A stretch of DNA of 64,000 nucleotides from Eledone cirrhosa (Eukaryota): positions 3,968,001 through 4,032,000 of the forward strand of contig OZ024752.1 in the NCBI GenBank assembly GCA_964016885.1. Reading direction: 5' to 3'. The notes below the pieces were generated by a model. That model ran no database searches, was not told the DNA's origin, and worked only from the letters and a program-made list of their open reading frames with translations. This document shows, one piece after another, positions 55,648 through 64,000 of the stretch. Position 1 is the first letter of the stretch. Each line of letters begins with the position of its first letter. A program made the position numbers and the translations under genes.

Positions 55648-57871
55648 ATAAGATACTCTTCAATTTTAGAATTGTAGTAAGGGGCTAGAGAAGGAATTAG
55701 CAACTATTTCTATAAGACTGATCATCCAAGTAAAATTTCCTTTATCAGCTTGTAGATAATCGATTGAACGTCTAGAGTTGATCCACAGTTCATGTGCGCC
55801 ATGAATATCGATGGTTCTCCATCGTTTTCGACGTAGACGGTTCAAGTTGTTCAATCAACGCGTGGCTAATTCTGCATTCTGCAGACACGTGCACTCTTAA
55901 ATTAATCCCCAGAGATATTCAGCGTGGCACAGTATTTGGCAAGGCTGGCCCTTTGAATTACAGACACAGTCGATTCGATGAGCTTCCAACTAGGTTACGT
56001 CCACTCACTTTCATACTTGAGGCGCGGGTAGACTCGAAATTTTGGTGAAAGACACTTGCTCAATATACTACGCAATGAGATCGAATCCAGGACCTAATCA
56101 GTGTGAAGTAAACCTCTTAACCGCTTGGCCATCTTGCGTCCATCTATGTACATACCATGTCTCTGTGTAGCTAAGAACTCCACATGTATGAGGTACACTG
56201 TGACAATATGAACGTGTTCCATTTTTCTTCACTATCCTATCTCTCTCTTTGTATTTCGTAGGTTCAGGTTATTGCAAAAATGTATATCATTTTTCTTTAT
56301 CTTTTCATATATATTCTGTTACAGGTTGATGTCGTTGGATGTTGCGACACCGTGGCACCGCCCTGGGTGGATTTATTTGATCATACATATTTCAGTCGTG
56401 TATTTATTCTATTGATCACAATGTATATATTGTAACAAGGATTGCGAACTAGCTCTTGTTTGTTGACATTTGTGTTTCAGTGCCATTCGTTATATGATAT
56501 GCTCTCTAACAATGCTGGTCACGCTTCGCACTTGCATATCATTTATTTTTTATTTAGTTTTTGCCGTTGGTATCAACAGAATGTCAATTATAAAACATTT
56601 TTCTGATTATTTTTCATTAGTTTATTCGTGTCTTTTTTATTTTTTTCTCTAAAAACCAAAATATTGGCTTACAATCTATAGATTGAACACTTCAGTTTAT
56701 ATTTTATTCCATTATTAATGAATACATAAAAGTGAATTGGGTATGGTAAATATATGTTTACCTTTATTCACAACATACTGTTTTGTTGAGACATATTGAA
56801 AGTTAAAAGAAAATAAACTTAATATAGAGGAAATATAAGTTGGAGTTCTAGTAAGCTCGCATAGTATTCTCTTTCATGCCCACTTTTGTTCAGCGTTTAA
56901 AAACTTTAGCACACATGTACGTAAATATATACATAGATACAGGCATAAATGCGTACTTGCATGCGTACATAAATACATACATAGATACATATATACATCC
57001 ATGCATGCATGCATACATACATAGTTACATAGAATCATACTTACATATATCTACGTACATGTGCATATATACATACATACATGTATCCCCACGTAAATAT
57101 ATATATATATACATACATACGTACATACACATATGCATATATATCCACTTAAATACAAAAATACAGGCATACACTGCATACAGAAGTAAATAGCTTGCAA
57201 ATATAACGATATTATATCTTTGTGTAAAGTTCTGGCAAAGTACTCAATAAAATGTATAAACTTCAATTTTATAGCAATTGAATGATATATAAGAGTAGCT
57301 AAAGCGAGGGCACCAAATCTACTTGTTTCCATATCACTACATTCGGAAAATGTTTACTTTTTAGGTTGTTTGGTTGACGGTCGTAATGTGGTGATTTCGA
57401 TTCGTCGCCTGAAATGAAGCTTGTAACCTCGAGTTGCTCCAGTCCATTCAGTTGGCAAAAATGAGTTGCACCTGTATTTTAAAAGACAAGCTTTATACAT
57501 TGTGTTACGTTGAATCTCCCTGAGGGTGCACGTGGGTGTGGAATAATCGACCACTCACACGTTAATTACATGAACAGGCTGTTCTGTTGATCAAATCAAC
57601 TAGGATACTCGACAACGATGGAGGTCCAACATTCGGAGACATGTATCGATACATGTAGTATTGGTACTCGAAAGACGTTTTTATAAGTACTTCTAAACTG
57701 TTTGTTCTTTGTACAGAACTCGTATAAACACTCTTCATACGAGAAACTGCCGGAACTAATGGAGCTGTCCTTGTGTTTGCCCTGCAGAGAAAGCCTTCAG
57801 TTTAAACACACTGTCGATTTACATAAAGTACGCATGGGAACTTGTTCACAATTTATCCATACAGGCACACA

Positions 57872-57964
<93 letters not shown>

Positions 57965-58192
57965 TTAATATAGATGAGATTCTACAGGACTAGAACTGTT
58001 TTAGAAATCATCAGGAATCTGGCTGTCCCAAATAAATGTTGTCGTATTTATATCTTTTCTGTTGGTAGGAGAGGCTGGGGAGTGGGATGGGTAGAGGTCA
58101 TTGGTTGAAAGAAAAGGGAAATCATTAAAAGCTAATTCTTTAAAGCTATAATTTATATTTAGAGTGACAAAGGCAGAAAGAATTCTATAAAC

Positions 58193-58694
<502 letters not shown>

Positions 58695-59328
58695 ACACAC
58701 TTTTTATGTACTTTAGTTATTCAATATATGTCAGTCTAAAGGCGAGTGACATAATGCTTACTGTGTTCGGATTACCCAGTGAATTGGTTTCCCAGCTGTG
58801 CGGTGTGTTCTTGTGCACGACACTTCATTTCATGTTCCCTGGTTTACTCAGCTGGTAAAAAAAAAATGAGTTGTATCTGTAATTCAAAGAATCAGCCTTC
58901 CCACACATTGTGTAAGGCCGAATCCTCTTGAGAAATATATGATAGTCACATGTGTCTGGGTTATGCTCAGACACTTGTAAATTAAATTCATGAGTAGTTA
59001 TATGTTAATATCCGTTGATCAAACAACTGGAACATTCGTAGATGTAACTGACGGAAATTCAACATGTGATACTATTGAGAAAGTCGGCGTTTGTTAGTCA
59101 TAGAAATGATTACAAGTAGCTGTAGGCCGCGTTTCTTCATGTATAAACAGCTTGAGTAGACACTGGTGATAACATGAAAATAACTAGTCAAAAACAGTCA
59201 AGCTGTTCTCGGGTTCGCCCTGCAGAGAAAGACCTGTACTTTAGCCGTAGATTCTATTTACACAGCGTGACATAATATATGTATATAACTGCCGATTTAC
59301 CTAAACACACATAAGCTCATATATATAT

Positions 59329-59439
<111 letters not shown>

Positions 59440-59551
59440 TATATACATACATATACATGCATACATATATATATAAATATATATGTACATACATATATAT
59501 ATATAAATATATATATATATACATATATATATACATACATATATATGAATA

Positions 59552-59583
<32 letters not shown>

Positions 59584-59696
59584 CATACATATATATATAT
59601 ACGTACATATATATATATATATATATCCATACATACATATATATATACATACATATATATATATACATACATATATCTATACATACATATATATAT

Positions 59697-59792
<96 letters not shown>

Positions 59793-60421
59793 TTATTATG
59801 TATGTGGGTTCCCATAAATATACATAAAGGTATGATATGCATTCTTCCACGCAACCATGGATACACATATAGATAGGTGTGTGTGTATGTGTGTAAATAT
59901 ACACACGAATAGAGCAAGTGTTAGAGTAATAGAGGTTGTATGAAGAAAGACAGAAGAGAAAGAGACGGCGTGGTTTAAGAGAGAAAACAGTAGAAGAGAA
60001 GATAGAGTTATAGTTGTTTTAAGAAGGGGAAAGGGGATAGAAAGAGGAAGTAATTTAAAATAGGAGAGAGATTAAAGAGAGTGAGTATAAGATAAATATG
60101 GGAAAGTGTATTTGAGATGTGGTTGGATGTGAGTGGAGTGGTGGAGAATTACCTGCTGTGGCATAGATCGTTGAGCTGGTGCTTAAGAAGCATGTCTGTC
60201 TATGAGTGATGCTGAAATCTTGCTGAACCATTTACTGAATACCAATATTTATTCATTCCTCTTGATTTGTATAGCGGTAAAAACACCGGGAGATTGATGG
60301 AACTACCTTGACTTCTTCACCACAATACTTCATGATATGTGTCCCTAGTTGTTTATGTGACTATATGTATGTATATATGTATGATTGTACGTATGTGTTT
60401 ATGAATATATATATATATATC

Positions 60422-60471
<50 letters not shown>

Positions 60472-60549
60472 AGAGAGAGAGATTTATATATTTATAGATG
60501 TATATATTTATATATATATACAGAGAGAGAGAGAGAAGGGGAGAAAGAG

Positions 60550-60605
<56 letters not shown>

Positions 60606-61173
60606 TGCCTCTGTTTTGTTCCCGTATATATATATATACATACATATATATAGAGAGAGAAATATAATGTGTGTGGGTGTGTACGTGCGCGCGTACGTCT
60701 GTGTGTTACAATTGTAAGTAACGTGTAAACATATTTGTATATATGCATACATATGTGTTCATGAATGCTTGTATGTGTGCATGTGTTTATTACGTGATTG
60801 TGTGTATGAAAGGGTGCCTCACATTTGTATGTATCTGTGTGTGTCTCACAATAATATGTACGAGTATGCTTCTGTGATTGTCTCACAATTGTATATATAT
60901 ACATAGATAGATATAACATAGATAGATATAATATAGATGTACGTATGTGCATGAATACATTATTGTGTGTGGTCAAGATGTTTTACTTTACAATCATTCG
61001 GTTCCCATTTCGATTTTACTGCGTGTCTTCTTAGTCAATGTGTTTTACATGAGCCGGGAGTTGAGCCAAGCCACGTTAGTGAAAACTGGAAGCCAATCAG
61101 ATGGACTGTACATGTACTTCAAAATACTAGCTTAGTCTGTTGATCGAATAACTGAAACAGCTAGCATCAAAAC

Positions 61174-61319
61174 TAGGCAAGGGCAACCGTTTTAGAGCAG
61201 CGGGCCGCATAGGATGTGGCTCATCATAAGGTCGGCTACACTACTAATAAATTCAAAGCAATTTTAAAATTAAGCGTGCCATTCAGAAAGCCAAAAGGGC
61301 CGCAGTTTGCCCATGACTG
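61174..61319. mobile_element. hAT-type MITE with 8-bp TSD
   Basis: TIRs TAGGCAAGGGCAA/TTGCCCATGACTG, subterminal GGGCCGCA motifs, and TSD ATCAAAAC at 61166-61173 and 61320-61327. Confidence 0.85.
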
Positions 61320-61746
61320 ATCAAAACCTAGGAGTCCATGCTCAAAACAGACTGTTTTGCTGAGACATATAGAGATGTGAACGAAAATGTACTTAACATA
61401 TAGGAAATATGTAGTGGCGCGTGACCTAGTGGTAAGGGTGTTGGACTTAATATCGTGGGTTCGATTCCTGGGCTGTGTTATATCATTCCACGTTGCTCCA
61501 GTATATACTGCTGAAAAGAAGTAACAGCAATAGCTTTGCCTTTCATCCTTACGGGGTTGATAAAATAAAGTACCAGTAATGCACTGGAGTCGATTTAATC
61601 GATTTTGCCTCCCTAAAAATTGTTGGTTTCTGCCTAAATCTGAAAACCTTATTATATTTTTGACCCAAGTGATAAACAGTGTCTTGTTACTTCTGACAAT
61701 GATATACAGTGTGTGTGTGTGTGTGTATGTGTGTGTGTGTGTGTGT

Positions 61747-61836
<90 letters not shown>

Positions 61837-62161
61837 AATAAAATATGAATAGAGAATGAGGAGGAAGTTAGAAGTGGCTAGAAGATAACATAGCATGATA
61901 TAGTGAAGGGGCGTCGGAGCTGTTTAGAGAAGTATGAAAGAGAGGGTTGGAATAGAGGTGGAGACGGAGAGGGAAATATAGAGTCAAAGAATATGTCTGT
62001 ATTGTGTGTGTGTGCGTGCGTGTGTGCGTGTGTGCGTGTATAGCTCTTCCTTTGTGTGCTTCGGTCTCTTTCGATATGTAAGTGGGTGTGTATGGAGTGT
62101 AAAAAATGAGATAGATAGATAAAAACATGCATATATACATACACGCATACATACATACATA

Positions 62162-63225
62162 CATGGTGGCTGCCAACTCGTTTTCGAGTACGGCCACTAC
62201 TTTATATCCATGTAGGAGAACCCCTACCGATGGCGCTGAACGAGTGTAACTATTTAGTCCAGCCAGCGACTTGAAAACTCTGGTACAAACACTACACCTG
62301 TGACAATTATTGACACATAGTGATAGGGCCCATGGTACCATGTGATGACAAGCGCAGAGAGATCTCCAGATATAAAGCAATGCCTGTGCCCTGAAGCTTT
62401 TATAGTGAGCAAAGGCACTGCACAAAGCCAGTCCCACTCTCTTAACCAAGATGATATTTACCAAAAAGAAGAACAAGTCAACATCATTGGATACCATCAG
62501 GGTTGCAGGTGTTATATCAGAGTTTTCCTTCTCCTAGAATTCTGCCTTGACAAAGGCTAAGGGGTCATCTCTCATACATACATACATACATACATACATA
62601 CATGGTGGCTGCCAACTCGTTTTCGAGTACGGCCACTACTTTATATCCATGTAGGAGAACCCCTACCGATGGCGCTGAACGAGTGTGACTTTTTAGTCCA
62701 GCCAGCGACTTGAAAACTCTGGTACAAACACTACACTTGTGACAATTATTGACACATAGTGCTGGGCCCATGGTACCATGTGACGACAAGTGCAGAGAGA
62801 TCTACAGATATAAAGCAATGCCTGTGCCGTGAAGCTTTTATAGTGAGCAAAGGCACTGCACAAAGCCAGTGCTACTCTCTTAACCAAGATGATATTTACC
62901 AAAAAGAAGAATAAGTCAACATCATTGGATACCATCAGGGTTGCAGGTGTTATATCAGAGTTTTCCTTCTCCTAGAATTCTGCCTTGACAAAGGCTAAGG
63001 GGTCATCTCTCCCGGTGATTTTGGATGGTCATTGACTCTTAAGAGCTCCTTTGCCCTTTGACAGGTTTTGTTTTTAGTCTTGCAGGATGTCCAAAGTCAC
63101 CCTCCTCACCAAGAAACCTTGGTGGGGTTGCCAGTTTAGTCGCCAACGACCCGACCATGAGACAGGTTGTACTGGGATACATGTTACCAGTAGCACCAAC
63201 TGGTGGCCTGACATAACTGGTGACC
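62162..63225 (-). mobile_element. non-autonomous RTE-derived element (5' UTR-like region fused to 3' end) with a tandem 5'-truncated second copy, embedded in (CATA)n
   Basis: 62162-62572 and 62601-63010 are direct repeats (period 439 bp, about a dozen substitutions). The 3' part encodes a C2H2-like CSVCTRVFKSLAGLKSHTR followed by a (TATG)n tail. Confidence 0.7.
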
Positions 63226-63674
63226 ATATATATACATACATACATACATACATACATACATACATACATACATACATACATACATACATACATACATACA
63301 TACATACATACATACAGTCAACGCGATCAGTCGCATATTTTGGCGTGGAAGACTATTTATTAAATTTAAGATGACAACTATGATGACAGTAATGCCACAA
63401 CTACAGTTATGTTAAATAACTGGTTATTCTTCTAACTATATCTTCTGAAGACACTTTTTATTCGAATTCGTAGAGATAGCCGACTAAATAGATAATTCAT
63501 TTTACAAGGATTTGCTACAAACAGCATGGCTGAACACAACATCAACAACAAAATTAAGGAAGTACCGAAGACAGCCAACAAGAAAGGTAAACAAACTTTA
63601 TTCAGTTGTAACTAAAACAAGATGGCGTAGGACAGAACAAAGGTGAGGCACAAAAAACAAAGAAAAGAACCCCA

Positions 63675-63716
63675 GTCACTGAAGAGTTCACAGATGTGTG
63701 ACGAAAGAACTTTGAC
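63675..63716 (+). ncRNA. minimal type-I hammerhead motif
   Basis: GTCA-CTGAAGA-GT(t)CACA.gatg.TGTGAC-GAAA-G.aa.C-TT-TGAC; homologous to 22167-22208. Confidence 0.65.
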
Positions 63717-64000
63717 AATATATAAACAACCATCTGGAAATTTATAAATTCCTAAATTTATAAATTTATTATAATAAATTGAAGTGAAATCAACTGGTGC
63801 GTGTGTTTCTTATTGGCAGCATGACCCTCCCAAAGTATAACAATATCGGTTTCAACACACGTTTTCAGATAAAGAATCTTGCTAAACAAATTCAAAACCA
63901 AAATATTATATATATATATGTAAAAGTTATATTTAAATTGTTGGGATACAACAAGCAAATATTTTTATTTTTATAACTGATTTAAAGCACTCAACAAGTT

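Overview
AT-rich, microsatellite-saturated eukaryotic (metazoan) intergenic or intronic DNA. The SINE families and repeat landscape suggest an octopus/cephalopod genome (inference). No intact host protein-coding gene is supported, and nearly all listed ORFs are translations of (TA)n, (CA)n, (GA)n, (CATA)n or trinucleotide repeats. The recognisable content is mobile DNA: (1) a Chapaev3-type (CMC/Transib-RAG1-related) DNA transposon with both TIRs, a TTA TSD and a transposase broken by one stop; (2) a Helitron 3' end with Pif1 helicase remnants; (3) several Penelope-like (PLE) GIY-YIG/RT remnants; (4) RTE LINE pieces, a mariner fragment, a hAT MITE with an 8-bp TSD, and many tRNA-derived SINEs; (5) a ~4 kb 36-bp minisatellite. 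The most notable signal is RNA-level. About a dozen minimal type-I hammerhead ribozyme motifs sit in PLE-like terminal repeats next to (TA)n tracts. They include a recurring variant family whose core reads UUGANAA (compensated U3-A8 pair instead of C3-G8) with covarying helix II. Several of these modules form near-perfect fold-back palindromes embedded in TA microsatellites. All motifs were found by eye and none was computationally validated.
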